Source: Dehalococcoidia bacterium (GTDB lineage: Bacteria; Chloroflexota; Dehalococcoidia; Plut-88900). Taken from it: DNA of 64,000 nucleotides. Made by a program: the position numbers and the translations under genes. The notes under the pieces were generated by a model, which ran no database searches, was not told the origin of the DNA, and worked only from the letters and a program-made list of their open reading frames with translations. The first letter of the stretch is position 1, and every line of letters starts with the position of its first letter. The DNA is taken from positions 2,752,001 through 2,816,000 of the forward strand of contig OZ240215.1 of assembly GCA_965197585.1 (NCBI GenBank). The letters run 5' to 3'. Below are positions 40,634-52,595 of the stretch, in pieces.

Positions 40634-40698
40634 AATAAGCTCCCTGGTGCCTGAGTCTCGGGATTAGAATGGCGGGGTTATTGTAGCACGGGCTCCGG

Positions 40699-42363
40699 TT
40701 AGCCGGGCCCCGCCTCCGGGGCCGCTTCCTTAGTGACTTGGTGCCTCTTACGCAGCGGTATCTCCTTCAGGCCAACCAGGACCACTGCCCCAAGAACCGC
40801 AAACACGGACGCCACGATGAACACTTCCTGGATGGACGACGCCAGGCTCTCTCTCATGGCCTCCACGACCGACTCTAAGACCGCACTCTCTCCGAGACCC
40901 TCCAGCCGCTCCTCCAGCATGGCGCGGGCCTCAGGGCTGATGAGGGCGTTGGGGTCACCGAGGTCTTCGGTCAGCGCTGTGCCCATCAGCTCACGGGTCT
41001 CGGGGGAGAGGTTGGCGGCGAGGTGGGTCGAGAGCCGGGAGGCCAGCAGCGAGCCCATCACGGCCACGCCCAGCGAACCGCCAATGCTCCTGAAGAACTG
41101 CACGAAGGCGGTGACCAGCCCCATGAGCCCGTAGGGAAACGCATTTTGCACCACTATGGTGAACAGTGGGAAGGTTATGCCCAGTCCCGCACCCACTATC
41201 ACCATGTTTCTGGCCATCACGCCGCTGGACGTCGTGCTGTCCATAGTTGCCAGCAGAATCACCCCTGTCGTCATCACGCCCATGCCGAGCAGGGCGAGGT
41301 ATCTATAGCGGCTCCAACGGGACAGGGCCAGCCCTGCCAAGGTGCTGCTGACAACCGCGCCGAGCATCATAGGTGTCAGGACCAGCCCGGAGTTGGTTGC
41401 GGAGTCACCGAGTACACCCTGCCCGAAGAGGGGGACGAATATGATGATCCCGAACATGGTCATCCCGCTGAAGAACGTTGACACGGCGACCACGGTGAAT
41501 ATCCGGTTCTTAAAGAGCGAGAGGGGCAGGAGGGGTTCCGGGGCGCGGGTCTCGATTAAGAGGAACATCAGCAGCATCGCGGCTCCAAAAACCAATGGCA
41601 CAACGACCTGGGGCGAGCCCCACGGGTATTGTTGCCCGGCCAGAGAGACGCCCAGCATCAACGGGAGCAGACCGCCGATCAGTGCGGCGGCGCCCCAGTA
41701 GTCGACCTTCTGGTTTAGACCTGTCCGGGACATCGATGGCATGGCGGCGATGAGGGCAATTAGCGCTACGCCTCCTACCGGCAAGTTAATGTAGAAGATC
41801 CAACGCCAGCTGAGGGTGTCGGTGAGGTAACCGCCGACGAGGGGGCCGACGATGCTGGCTATTCCGAAGACGGCGCCGATCAACCCTTGCCACTTTCCTC
41901 GCTCGGCGGGAGGGAAGATGTCGCCGATGACGGTGAAGGTGTTGGACATCAAGACGGCCGCCCCGGCCCCCTGCACCCCCCGGAAGATGATGAGCTGCAG
42001 CATATTCTGGGATACGCCAGCCAAGGCCGAGCCCAGCAGGAACACCGCTATCCCGATAATGAACAGCAGCCTTCGCCCGTAGATATCCGACATCCGGCCC
42101 ACGACCGGCACCAGGGAAGTCGACATTACGAGGTACGCCACCACTACCCACGATATCTGGCTAATGCCTCCAAGGTCTGTGACGATACGCGGCAGGGCCG
42201 TCGCCACGATGGTCATGTCGAGGGCCGCGAGGAAAAGGCACATCATCGTGCCGAGGAGGATGAAGACGATGCGGGTTCTACTGAGTCTTCCGGCAGAGGC
42301 CAAGGCCGACGTCGCGTCTGACTGCTCGGTGGGTCCAGTCTTTTGCGCGTCCGACTTGTTCAT
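40699..42363 (-). CDS. MFS multidrug transporter (EmrB/QacA, DHA2)
   Basis: [31 protein letters not shown]; start set at MNKSD. Confidence 0.92.
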   Translation of the reverse strand: MNKSDAQKTGPTEQSDATSALASAGRLSRTRIVFILLGTMMCLFLAALDMTIVATALPRIVTDLGGISQISWVVVAYLVMSTSLVPVVGRMSDIYGRRLLFIIGIAVFLLGSALAGVSQNMLQLIIFRGVQGAGAAVLMSNTFTVIGDIFPPAERGKWQGLIGAVFGIASIVGPLVGGYLTDTLSWRWIFYINLPVGGVALIALIAAMPSMSRTGLNQKVDYWGAAALIGGLLPLMLGVSLAGQQYPWGSPQVVVPLVFGAAMLLMFLLIETRAPEPLLPLSLFKNRIFTVVAVSTFFSGMTMFGIIIFVPLFGQGVLGDSATNSGLVLTPMMLGAVVSSTLAGLALSRWSRYRYLALLGMGVMTTGVILLATMDSTTSSGVMARNMVIVGAGLGITFPLFTIVVQNAFPYGLMGLVTAFVQFFRSIGGSLGVAVMGSLLASRLSTHLAANLSPETRELMGTALTEDLGDPNALISPEARAMLEERLEGLGESAVLESVVEAMRESLASSIQEVFIVASVFAVLGAVVLVGLKEIPLRKRHQVTKEAAPEAGPG

Positions 42364-42488
42364 ATCTCTCCGGCTGCTGAAGCGAGTAGGGGCCACAGCG
42401 ATGCTACGACGCCGAGGTCGGCAAGTCAAAAGCGCAATTGCCGGTGCTATCATGCACACACATTTCGCCATCTCGAAAAGCCGCTTAC

Positions 42489-44030
42489 ATGACAGAGACA
42501 CGAAAGCTCGTACTGCATAACGCTAATGTGATAACCCTGAACCCGACCGCGCCACGGGCCACGGGGGTGGTGTGCGAGGGTGGGGTGATCACGTCAACAT
42601 CAGAGGTAGACGTACAATGCGCGCTCCGATCCGGGGAGTACGAGGAGATCGACTGTGAGGGGCGTACAGCGCTTCCCGGTTTCATTGATGCTCACGTGCA
42701 TTTTTTGGCATATGCCTCGTCTCTGACCGCGGTCGACTGTTCACCTCAGGCTGTATCCTCCATCCCCGACATCACAGCCGCCCTCAGCGAGCAGGCCAAG
42801 AGCACACCCGAGGGCGAATGGGTGCGGGGGATGGGCTACGACGAGTTTCGGCTCCAAGAGAAACGGCATCCGACACGCCGGGACCTCGACACGCTGATAC
42901 CCGACCACCCGGTTAAGCTAGGGCACAGGTCGGGGCACGGGACGGTGTTGAACGGTCGGGCCTTGACCCTCGCCGGGATCAGTATCGAGACTCCTGAACC
43001 TATTGCCGGTTTCATCGACAGGGACATCAACACGGGAGAGCCCACGGGCCTGTTCATAGACCTGGACGACTGGCTTGACGAGCGGCTTGGGCCGCAGCCT
43101 CGGGGTGACGAGATGGGACCTGCCGCCCGTCAAGCTGCCGAGGTCTTCCTGTCCAAGGGAATCACTTCCTTTCACGACGCCTCTCCCTGCAACTCCCTTA
43201 AACGGTGGAGCTTCTTTCAGTCGTTGGTCTCGGGGCCCGAGCCTTTCCCCCGTGCAACGCTCATGCCGGGATTTGCGCATTTGAGGGAGTTTGTCGGGGC
43301 GGGGTTGGGGTTTGGGGCGGGGGATGACAGGCTGCGGGTCGGGCATTGCAAGATAGTGCTGTCACAGGCGGGTGGGACACTCGAACCTTCGCCTCGGGAG
43401 CTCAGGGAGGCTGTGCAGGAGGCGGCGGAGGTCGGGTTTCCGGTGGCCATTCACGCCGTGGAGGAGGTGGAGGTAGAGGCCGCCATTGAGGCTATTGAGT
43501 CTGTGGATACTCCCAGACTAGCTCACCGAATTGAGCACGCGTCCATCTGTCCCCCGTCCCTCATAGCGAGGCTGAAGGCGAGTAACGTAACCGTCGTGAC
43601 CCAACCCGCCTTCGTATATCACAGTGGGGACAGGTATCTTGCCGAGCTGCCCAAAAGAGACGTAGCCAACCTCTATCCGCTAAGGGCATGGTTGGGCTCG
43701 GGGCTCAATGTTGCAGCGTCGTCGGATGCTCCGGTGACGCCGCCCGACCCGCTTCTCGGTATCCAGGCGGCGGTATTGCGCAGCGCTCGCACAGGCCAAT
43801 CAGTCTCCCGCGAGCATGCAGTATCCATAGCTGAGGCGATGACCCTTCACGGTAGCGCGGCGTCTCATTACGGGGGTCTCGGGGGGCGGGTGGGTGTGGT
43901 CAGGAGGGGCGCTTTGGCAGATTTCGCGGTGCTGGACCGGGACCCGATGAGTGTTCTTGCTGAGGAAATTGGTGGGATAGGGGTGTGGGTGACGGTTGTC
44001 GGGGGTGGGGTGGCATTCGGGGCTGGGTAG
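42489..44030 (+). CDS. Amidohydrolase 3 (YtcJ-like)
   Basis: [29 protein letters not shown]. Confidence 0.9.
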   Translation: MTETRKLVLHNANVITLNPTAPRATGVVCEGGVITSTSEVDVQCALRSGEYEEIDCEGRTALPGFIDAHVHFLAYASSLTAVDCSPQAVSSIPDITAALSEQAKSTPEGEWVRGMGYDEFRLQEKRHPTRRDLDTLIPDHPVKLGHRSGHGTVLNGRALTLAGISIETPEPIAGFIDRDINTGEPTGLFIDLDDWLDERLGPQPRGDEMGPAARQAAEVFLSKGITSFHDASPCNSLKRWSFFQSLVSGPEPFPRATLMPGFAHLREFVGAGLGFGAGDDRLRVGHCKIVLSQAGGTLEPSPRELREAVQEAAEVGFPVAIHAVEEVEVEAAIEAIESVDTPRLAHRIEHASICPPSLIARLKASNVTVVTQPAFVYHSGDRYLAELPKRDVANLYPLRAWLGSGLNVAASSDAPVTPPDPLLGIQAAVLRSARTGQSVSREHAVSIAEAMTLHGSAASHYGGLGGRVGVVRRGALADFAVLDRDPMSVLAEEIGGIGVWVTVVGGGVAFGAG

Positions 44031-44054
44031 GGGAGGGGTGGGATAGGGCCAAGG

Positions 44055-44087
44055 GTACAAATTGAAGGTAGTACTTTCAATTTGTAC
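44055..44087. terminator. AT-rich hairpin (possible terminator or operator)
   Basis: GTACAAATTGAA / TTCAATTTGTAC perfect 12-bp IR downstream of the amidohydrolase stop. Confidence 0.4.
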
Positions 44088-44182
44088 TGCGGTCGTCCGC
44101 TGACCAGAAGAGAACCTGCGCCCACGTCTCCATAATCTACCTGACTAGTCCCAAAACCAAGGTCGATTTAAGGGCAAGCGCC

Positions 44183-45294
<1,112 letters not shown>

Positions 45295-45420
45295 ATTCCT
45301 CGCGGGGCCTCGGAATGACAGGTAAAGGGCGGACTCTACCCTGTAAAGGGGCGTCGGCTTGTGCGGTTGGAAAACACGCCGATGTATAGGAACACCCTCA
45401 CCCTCGCCCTATCCCATCAA

Positions 45421-45550
45421 GATCCCTTTGCGTAACTGCAGTTTGCAGCTTCTCTACCAGCCAGATCGCCTAACCTCCACCCCCGCTCATACTTCGAGAG
45501 CCTCAGCACGAGCGCCCCGGCCCCTCCAGCACAGGTTATGCAGAGGTCTC
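45421..45550. mobile_element. 130-bp MITE-like element
   Basis: IRs GATCCCTTTGCGTAAC / GTTATGCAGAGGTCTC; ATCAA duplication at 45416-45420 and 45551-45555 in a family-A hairpin. Confidence 0.7.
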
Positions 45551-45628
45551 ATCAAGGGAGAGGGGATGGGACGCCTCTCAATTTGCCTTTTGGAGGACTA
45601 CGAAAAGGTGGAGCAAGGCCGGATATCT

Positions 45629-46603
45629 TTAGTTCTTTCTGATGAGGACGTAGGGGGGGAGCTCCATGAGGGCTTTGCGGTATTGGGTGTCGGGGAGGGG
45701 GGAGAGGGCTTCCTCGGCTTTGCGGCAGAAGTCGGTGGCGATGGCGTAGGAGTCCTCGATAACCGAGGAGTTGTTGATCATCTCCAGGGCTCGCTGCAGG
45801 GGTTTGTCGTCCCCCGGGGCCTGGAAGATCGCCTTCACGGGATCTTCGTCAGGGTACCTTTCCTGGAGCAGCAGAGCCGGCAAGGTGAGTACACCATGGG
45901 CCAGGTCTGCGCCGACGGGTTTACCTACCTCTTTCTCCGTCCCCTGGAAGTCGAGAATGTCGTCGATTATCTGGAAGGCCATGCCCAGGCAGTAGCCGAA
46001 GGTGTGGAACCTTTCGACCGTGTCCTCGGGCGCGCCGCTCAGAATGGCCCCGGACTCTGCCGCAGTGGTGAAGAGCGACGCCGTCTTCTGACGGATCCTC
46101 TCGTAGTAGTCGTCCCTTCCGGTCGTCCAGTCAAAGGCGCCTAATCGCTCCTGCAGCTCACCTCGGGAAAGGTACATTATCGTCTCGGAGAAGAGGCGGA
46201 TGACCCTGACGTTCTCAGTGGCGCAGACGAAGGTCGCTGACTTGGCGAATAGGTAGTCGCCGACGAGTACCGCAGCGTTGTCTCCCCATAGGTTGCTGAT
46301 GGTCGGCTGGCCGCGTCGGATGGCCGCCTTGTCTATGGTGTCGTCGTGGACGAGGGTGGCTATGTGGAGAAGCTCGACGGCGCAGGCCATGAGCCGGGGT
46401 GAGGCGGGATCGTGGTCATGGAACTTGGAGGAGAGGATGGTGATGGCAGGCCTCGTGCCCTTGCCTATGCTTTTGAGAGCGTGGGCGAGCATGGCCGCGA
46501 GGCCGGGAAAGTCCTCTTCGGCGATGGCTACCAGGTCAGCCCTGACTAGGTTAAGCTCTTCCTTGATCGGTTTGTAGATAGACAGCGACTTGGCAGAGGG
46601 CAT
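45629..46603 (-). CDS. Polyprenyl diphosphate synthase
   Basis: GKGTRP, HDDTID, FQIIDDILD, GKPVGADL. Confidence 0.93.
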   Translation of the reverse strand: MPSAKSLSIYKPIKEELNLVRADLVAIAEEDFPGLAAMLAHALKSIGKGTRPAITILSSKFHDHDPASPRLMACAVELLHIATLVHDDTIDKAAIRRGQPTISNLWGDNAAVLVGDYLFAKSATFVCATENVRVIRLFSETIMYLSRGELQERLGAFDWTTGRDDYYERIRQKTASLFTTAAESGAILSGAPEDTVERFHTFGYCLGMAFQIIDDILDFQGTEKEVGKPVGADLAHGVLTLPALLLQERYPDEDPVKAIFQAPGDDKPLQRALEMINNSSVIEDSYAIATDFCRKAEEALSPLPDTQYRKALMELPPYVLIRKN

Positions 46604-46618
46604 AGAAAGACGTTGTCC

Positions 46619-48289
46619 TTAGCCCGAGACCTGTTCCAGCCTGGCGGTCTCCACCTCGGCCACTTCATCTTCCAGTTTGGTGAACAGGGGTAAAGGCTTC
46701 TGAAGCTCGCGTCCAGGGACGGGAGCCTCGATATTCCACTCAGAGCGTTCGTCCAACTCACCCAGGCCCAGGTAGCCGTGCAGCTTCCGGGAGCTGAAGG
46801 GCAGGAACGGGTAGAGCATGGTCTTCAGGGCCGTGACAACGGAGATGGCACACCAGAGGGTTGTAGCAGCGGCGTCCTTGTCTTCCTTGACCTGTCGCCA
46901 GGGAGCTTTGCGGTCGAGGTAGCGGTTCGCCTCCTGGGCCAGGCCAACCGCCTGCCTGATCGCCTCCTTGAAACGGCACCGGTAAAGAAGATCGTCCACT
47001 TCGGCGAAAGTTTGGTTGATCTTGTCGAGCATATCCGTCTCGTCGGAAGAGAGGGGTCCGGGCGACGGGACCTTGCCATCGAAGTTCCGGTAGGTAATGG
47101 TCAGCACCCGGTGTACGAGATTGCCATAGGTGCCGACAAGCTCGCCGTTGTTCCTGCGCACGAACTCGCCCCACGTAAAGTCGGAGTCAGAGGTGTCGGG
47201 CATGTTAGCCGAGAGGTAGTACCTGATGAGGTCGGGTGGGAAGTTGTCCAGGTAGTCGTTGAGCCAAACGGCCCAGTTACGGCTGGTGGAAAGCTGCCTG
47301 CCGTCGATGTTCAGGAACTCGTTGGCGGGGACGTCATAGGGGATGGCTCGGCCGCCGTATCCGAGCAGGATCGCCGGCCAGATGATCGTGTGGAAGGGGA
47401 TGTTGTCCTTGCCAATGAAATAGTAGGTCTTGGCTCCGTCTCCCCAGAAGTCCCGCCACTTCTCGGGTGTGCCACGGTTTTTGGCCCACTCTATGCTTGC
47501 CGAAAGGTAGCCGATTACCGCTTCGAACCAGACGTATATTCTTTTGTCGTCGAGACCCGGTAAGGGAATCGGGATGCCCCAGTCGATGTCTCGGGTGATG
47601 GCCCTATCTTTCAGCCCGTCCTTGAGCATCTGAAGGGTGAAGTTCTGGACGTTGGGGCGCCAATGGTCCTGGGTCTCGACCCATTCGATGAGCCGGTCCT
47701 GGAAGGCGCTCAGCTTAAGGAAGTGGTGTTCCGACCTGCGTATCTCCGGCGTGGCGCCGCAGACGCGGCACTTCAGATCCAGGAGGTCGGTGGGATTGAG
47801 GGGCTTGCCGCAGGCATCGCACTGGTCGCCTCGGGCCCCGGCGTTACCGCAATTGGGACACGTACCTTCAACGTAGCGGTCGGGGAGGTAGCGGTTACAG
47901 CTGGGGCAGTGGGGGAGCATCATCCCATCTTTGTAGATGTACTCCTTGGAAAGAAGGTCCAGGAAGATATCCTGCACGACCTCCTGGTGATTCGCAGTCC
48001 GGGTGGTGGTGAAGAGGTCGAAGGAGATGCCCATCCGGTCCCAGGACTCGAGGAAGAGGGCCTGGAACTTATCCACGATCTCCTGGGGGGATACGCCTTC
48101 TTTCTCGGCGCGGAGGGTTATTGGGGTGCCATGCTGGTCGCTGCCCGAGACCATCAGGACCTCGTCGCCCTTGGCGCGATGGTATCGAGCAAAGATGTCT
48201 GCGGGGAGATATGCCCCGGCCAGGTGGCCCAAGTGTAAAGGGCCGTTGGCGTAGGGCCAAGCGACTGCTACTAAGATGCGTTCGGACAA
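46619..48289 (-). CDS. metG: Methionine--tRNA ligase
   Basis: WPYANGPLHLGH, Zn knuckles, YVWFEA, GKDNIPFH, QLSTS. Confidence 0.96.
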   Translation of the reverse strand: MSERILVAVAWPYANGPLHLGHLAGAYLPADIFARYHRAKGDEVLMVSGSDQHGTPITLRAEKEGVSPQEIVDKFQALFLESWDRMGISFDLFTTTRTANHQEVVQDIFLDLLSKEYIYKDGMMLPHCPSCNRYLPDRYVEGTCPNCGNAGARGDQCDACGKPLNPTDLLDLKCRVCGATPEIRRSEHHFLKLSAFQDRLIEWVETQDHWRPNVQNFTLQMLKDGLKDRAITRDIDWGIPIPLPGLDDKRIYVWFEAVIGYLSASIEWAKNRGTPEKWRDFWGDGAKTYYFIGKDNIPFHTIIWPAILLGYGGRAIPYDVPANEFLNIDGRQLSTSRNWAVWLNDYLDNFPPDLIRYYLSANMPDTSDSDFTWGEFVRRNNGELVGTYGNLVHRVLTITYRNFDGKVPSPGPLSSDETDMLDKINQTFAEVDDLLYRCRFKEAIRQAVGLAQEANRYLDRKAPWRQVKEDKDAAATTLWCAISVVTALKTMLYPFLPFSSRKLHGYLGLGELDERSEWNIEAPVPGRELQKPLPLFTKLEDEVAEVETARLEQVSG

Positions 48290-48411
48290 TGCATAAGCCC
48301 TCTGGGGAACAGGATGATTCTAGCACGGGGTGGGGGGAGGGGCAATTCGGGGTGGATGTAGTTCTAGCAAGGGAATAGAATGGATAGAGAGGCCACGGTA
48401 GGAGGAAAGCG

Positions 48412-48864
48412 TTGATGCATACTCGCAAAAGGAGCCTGGTTGTAGGTGGAGTTGCCTTGTGCTTTATCGCTATCACTTTGTTGGGGGCTTGTAGTAAGCC
48501 GAATCCGACGCCTCTTCCGACGATAGCGTACACACCACCCCCAGCGCATACGCCACCCGCGGCTCCAACATATACGCCAATCCCAGAAAGTTACAACGGC
48601 GAGCCAGCCTGTTCGCGCATCCTTGGAGCAGTAAGAGACCATGAAAACGGGCGCATCTCTGAATCAGAGGCGTTTGCTCGATTGGACGGGGGATTCGACC
48701 TTCTTGACAATGCGGAACCCGAGATTGCTCAGGCGGGGAAAATACTTTTGAACGCTGTCACTGAACCACCCTTCCGTGGAGGTGGAGCGCTTAGACCATT
48801 CTATTCCCTATATTCAGAGGGTGTGGAATTCAGAGAACTCTGTCAGCACTATGGGTATTGGTGA
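48412..48864 (+). CDS. Hypothetical lipoprotein with Pro/Thr-rich linker
   Basis: Signal peptide, lipobox LGAC. Confidence 0.65.
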   Translation: MMHTRKRSLVVGGVALCFIAITLLGACSKPNPTPLPTIAYTPPPAHTPPAAPTYTPIPESYNGEPACSRILGAVRDHENGRISESEAFARLDGGFDLLDNAEPEIAQAGKILLNAVTEPPFRGGGALRPFYSLYSEGVEFRELCQHYGYW

Positions 48865-48940
48865 GTTTTACTTTGACCAAGCATAAACTACTTCGGCAAC
48901 CTAGTCTGACTGGCAGCACAATGTTTACCCACCGATTTCC

Positions 48941-49156
48941 CTAAAGGTAAAAGGTGAGAGACTTCAACCGAAGTCCGGTTTCCTCTGTAAGCTTCCTCTT
49001 CGTAGTTATTGCCTGCGCTACATCTTCGAAATTTGCCCCACTATCCCGAACGATGTCTTCAAATGGCATCGTTAGCTCTTTTTCTCCCGAGGCCCTTCTA
49101 AGGTCTGAACGTTCACGTAAGAACCTGTATACGCGTACTGCGTCTCCGACTGCCAT
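48941..49156 (-). CDS. Small hypothetical protein (possibly truncated)
   Basis: 71-aa ORF preceded by AAGGAGGAG RBS. Confidence 0.5.
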   Translation of the reverse strand: MAVGDAVRVYRFLRERSDLRRASGEKELTMPFEDIVRDSGANFEDVAQAITTKRKLTEETGLRLKSLTFYL

Positions 49157-49343
49157 AACTCCTCCTTGTTGCCGATTCGACTTGCAATCTATACCGTGTT
49201 ATCTACATTTACGCGTGTGTATACACTCGGTAGACTATATCCTTCTGCTAGTTAAGTAATTATTAAGATAAGCGGGGTGACGTCAAGTTACTCCCCCCTC
49301 CCCCCGGCCGCGCTATCCTAACCTCTAACCTAAAGGAGCCCCA

Positions 49344-49631
49344 TTGTTCAAACGTGCAGCACATCCGGGTGAAGTACTCAAGGACGAGTTGGAAGAGTTT
49401 GGGGTGAGCCAGGCGGCATTTGCCCGACAGATCGACGTGCCGCCGAATCGGGTTAGTCAGATAATCACCGGGAAGAGGTCGGTGACGGGGGACACGGCGT
49501 TGCGGTTCGGGCACTGGTTCGGGGTCGAGCCTCAGTTCTGGCTCAATCTCCAAAGCCAGTTTGACTTGGCTACGGCAGAACGCAGAAATGGGGCAGAAAT
49601 CAAGGCTTTACCCAAGGCGGTTCGGGAATAA
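49344..49631 (+). CDS. higA: HigA-family HTH antitoxin
   Basis: HPGEVL..RVSQIITGKRSVTGDTALR..FWLNLQ; RBS AAGGAG. Confidence 0.88.
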   Translation: MFKRAAHPGEVLKDELEEFGVSQAAFARQIDVPPNRVSQIITGKRSVTGDTALRFGHWFGVEPQFWLNLQSQFDLATAERRNGAEIKALPKAVRE

Positions 49632-49884
49632 CGAAGGGGAGGGAGGGGATCGGAGGTCTCCTCAGCATAAGTGGCGAATGTTACCCCCTCCCCGCGCATA
49701 CTTCGACGGGCTCAGCACGAGCGGCCCCTCCCCAGGGATGGATTCACACCTCAGCGCATCCTTGACCGGCTCGGGGGCCGGGATGACGGGAAGGGGATGT
49801 GAGAGAGAATTGGGGCGTTGCGTTTCTTCATTTGCCCACCTTCCCTTGCCGCGTTATCCTAGCCTCCGACCCAAGGAGGCCCCT

Positions 49885-51174
49885 TTGCCAAGCAATACAC
49901 GCTACCGTTCAGCCCGAGGCACGGAAGATATCCTGCCCGACGCCCAGCCACGATGGCGCAGTGTCCGGGACACAATGGTCTCGGTGTGCGAGCGCTATTC
50001 GTACGGCCAGATAGACACGCCGATCTTCGAGGACTACAACCTGTTTGTGCGGGGAGTCGGGGAGGTTACGGATATCGTGGAGAAGGAGATGTACCTCATC
50101 CCCGACAGGTCGGGAAGCGACACCCTGGCCCTCCGTCCCGAGGCCACCGCCGCCGTGTGCCGCGCCTACCTTCAGCACGGCCTCCACACCCGACCTCAGC
50201 CCATACGCCTATACACGGTCATGGCCCCGATGTTCCGCTACTCCAGGCCGCAGTCGGGGAGGCTTAGGCAGTTCCACCAGTTGAATGTCGAAGCGATAGG
50301 CGATCCGGACGCGACTGTCGATGCGGAGATTCTTGGGCTCTGCTGGCAGGTTTTCGCAGAGCTGGGACTATCGGGCCTCACGCTCCAGCTGAACAGCATT
50401 GGCGATGCCGCGTGCCGTCCCGCATACGTTCAGGCGCTCAAGTCTTACTACGGAGACCGGGTCGAGCAGCTGTGTCGGGACTGCACGGCGCGGCTGGACA
50501 GGGCGCCACTACGGCTTCTCGACTGCAAGGAAGAGAGATGTCAGCCGTTTATCGAAGGGGCGCCCCGCAGCCGCGACCACCTCTGCGCCGAGTGCGAGGC
50601 TCACTTCGCAGACCTGGTCGGCTTTCTGGAAGGCATGGACGTGCCCTTCGTTCTCGACCACCGGCTGGTCCGGGGGCTCGACTACTACACCCGTACGGTA
50701 TTCGAGGTGCAGACCACGGCAGAAGGGGGTCAAAACGCGCTCGGGGGTGGAGGGAGGTACGACGGGCTGATAGAGGAGATCGGGGGTAAGCCGACGCCGG
50801 GTGTCGGGTTTGCGATGGGGATCGAGCGGATCATTCTCAACCTGGAACGGCAGTCGGTGGCGGCTCCCGAGCCACAATTGCCCTCGGTCTTCGTGGCCTA
50901 CGTGGGGCAGAAGGCGAGGGAGCGGGCGGTTGTGCTGTCCGCGGAGCTGGTAAGGGCCGGTATTGCGAATGTGCTCGGGCCGGCGTCCAAGAGTCTGAAG
51001 GCGCAGTTGCGGCAGGCGGGGGGGATGGGAGTGCCATACGTGGCGATTATCGGAGAGGATGAGGCGGAGCGAGGGGTGGTTACGCTGCGGAATATGTCGG
51101 AGAGGACACAGGGGGAGGTTGGGGTGGGGGGGCTGGCGGGGTTGCTTTGTCCGGGACCACCCTCACTCTCCTGA
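49885..51174 (+). CDS. hisS: Histidine--tRNA ligase
   Basis: RGTEDILP, LRPEATA, RLRQFHQ, RGLDYYT, GGGRYDGL; TTG start after AAGGAGG. Confidence 0.96.
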   Translation: MPSNTRYRSARGTEDILPDAQPRWRSVRDTMVSVCERYSYGQIDTPIFEDYNLFVRGVGEVTDIVEKEMYLIPDRSGSDTLALRPEATAAVCRAYLQHGLHTRPQPIRLYTVMAPMFRYSRPQSGRLRQFHQLNVEAIGDPDATVDAEILGLCWQVFAELGLSGLTLQLNSIGDAACRPAYVQALKSYYGDRVEQLCRDCTARLDRAPLRLLDCKEERCQPFIEGAPRSRDHLCAECEAHFADLVGFLEGMDVPFVLDHRLVRGLDYYTRTVFEVQTTAEGGQNALGGGGRYDGLIEEIGGKPTPGVGFAMGIERIILNLERQSVAAPEPQLPSVFVAYVGQKARERAVVLSAELVRAGIANVLGPASKSLKAQLRQAGGMGVPYVAIIGEDEAERGVVTLRNMSERTQGEVGVGGLAGLLCPGPPSLS

Positions 51175-51288
51175 GCGAGCCCACGGCTCTTCTCGGCGAG
51201 TCTTCGGCTCTAGCTCTCTCACGTCGAGGGGCCTTTGTGTAACTGGTCTGTAGAGGTCCGGAACACCCTCACCCTAGCCCTCTGCCAT

Positions 51289-52555
51289 TGTACAGACCGG
51301 GGACATGGGTAACAGTTGTTCGGGGAGATAGGTAACACATTCTATCGACTTAGATCTATGGTAGCGATGGGCTGCACGGAGAAAAAGACCTTCCATGTTC
51401 CATCGTTGGCCGTGGGCCTCAGAGCGACCCGCCTGTTTCTGAAGGCTTTACCGACAGGGAGTGATCTGCCCAGAAAGGATATTCGGCCGTTGACATCGAC
51501 GGAGCGTACCTGGTCATCAGTATCATACTCGACGGCTGGAAGGGCCTCCGGGAAAGGCCGAGGGCTGATGGCGTATCTGCTGGCAGGGGTATCGAGGTCC
51601 AGGGCGTGGTGAGGCCGCTTGAGGTTGTAGAAGTCTCTCCACCTGTCGAAGCTGCTCTGGCAGTGGGACAGGTTGGTGTATTTACTTCCCTGGAGCAGTT
51701 CCGTCTTGAGAGACCTGTGGAAGCGCTCGAGCTTGCCGAGGGTCTGGGGATGGTATGGCCTGCTGTGTACCACCCTGACTCCCAGTTGAACCAGCCAGAC
51801 GGTGAGCGGGGTGAAGGGGTGGTAGAAGTCGCTGCCCCAGGGGGAGCCATTGTCTACCAGTATCGTGTTGGGCATGCCGTAGCTGCGGAAGATGGACGTG
51901 AGATGGTCATGGACGGTCTGAGTCTTCTCGTCTGCACAAGCCCTCACGCCCAGGGAGAACCTAGAATGGTCGTCCAGTACCGTCAGTGGGTGACACCGCC
52001 CACCACTGTCTACTGGGATATGCCCCTTGAAGTCCATTTGCCAAAGGTCGTTGGGCCGTTGGTGCTCGAAGCGCCTGTACGGCTTGTGCTTGAGGCTGTC
52101 CGCCGGCTCTATAAGTCGATGTCGCCTGAGGATGGCCGTGACCGTGCTCTTGGACGGCACGCCGTTGTGACCACTATCCTTGAGTATCCTGGCCAGTACG
52201 TGTCCTCCCTTGGTAGGGTGCTTCCTACGAAGGTCTACGACGAGCTGCTCCATCTCGGCGCCCGTGCGGTTCGGGGAGTGACGGGGACGCTTCGGGAGAT
52301 CATCCAGACTCTGCTCTCCGCCTTCGAGATATCGTCTCAGCCACTTGTAGCCGGTCTTGCGGCTGATCCCACTGCGCAGACACAGTTCGCTCATATTCAC
52401 ACCCTCGGACTGTGCCAGGGCGACAAACTCTTCGCGTTGAGACATGGCACTTGCAACCTTCCATGGCATGAAAACCCTCCTGAATCAGATTTACCATGCC
52501 TTATGGTGTAACCCATGTCTCCGAACATGTGTAACCTATGTCCCCGGTCTATACA
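51289..52555 (-). mobile_element. IS481-family element B
   Basis: TGT..ACA termini with ~26-bp IR and internal repeated sub-sites; GCCAT / CCCAT flanks inside a family-A repeat. Confidence 0.88.
51342..52469 (-). CDS. IS481-family transposase
   Basis: MPWK start, ISRKTGYKW HTH, WQMDFKG, DNGSPW, GKLERFH, RPH. Confidence 0.93.
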   Translation of the reverse strand: MPWKVASAMSQREEFVALAQSEGVNMSELCLRSGISRKTGYKWLRRYLEGGEQSLDDLPKRPRHSPNRTGAEMEQLVVDLRRKHPTKGGHVLARILKDSGHNGVPSKSTVTAILRRHRLIEPADSLKHKPYRRFEHQRPNDLWQMDFKGHIPVDSGGRCHPLTVLDDHSRFSLGVRACADEKTQTVHDHLTSIFRSYGMPNTILVDNGSPWGSDFYHPFTPLTVWLVQLGVRVVHSRPYHPQTLGKLERFHRSLKTELLQGSKYTNLSHCQSSFDRWRDFYNLKRPHHALDLDTPASRYAISPRPFPEALPAVEYDTDDQVRSVDVNGRISFLGRSLPVGKAFRNRRVALRPTANDGTWKVFFSVQPIATIDLSR

Positions 52556-52595
52556 CCCATCGAAAGGAGAGGGGATTGGACCCCACCCTGGATTC

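Noticed and set aside
49561-49884. N-terminal extension of HisS in the ORF track
   Set aside because: It is translated repeat sequence; a strong RBS and TTG at 49885 mark the likely start.
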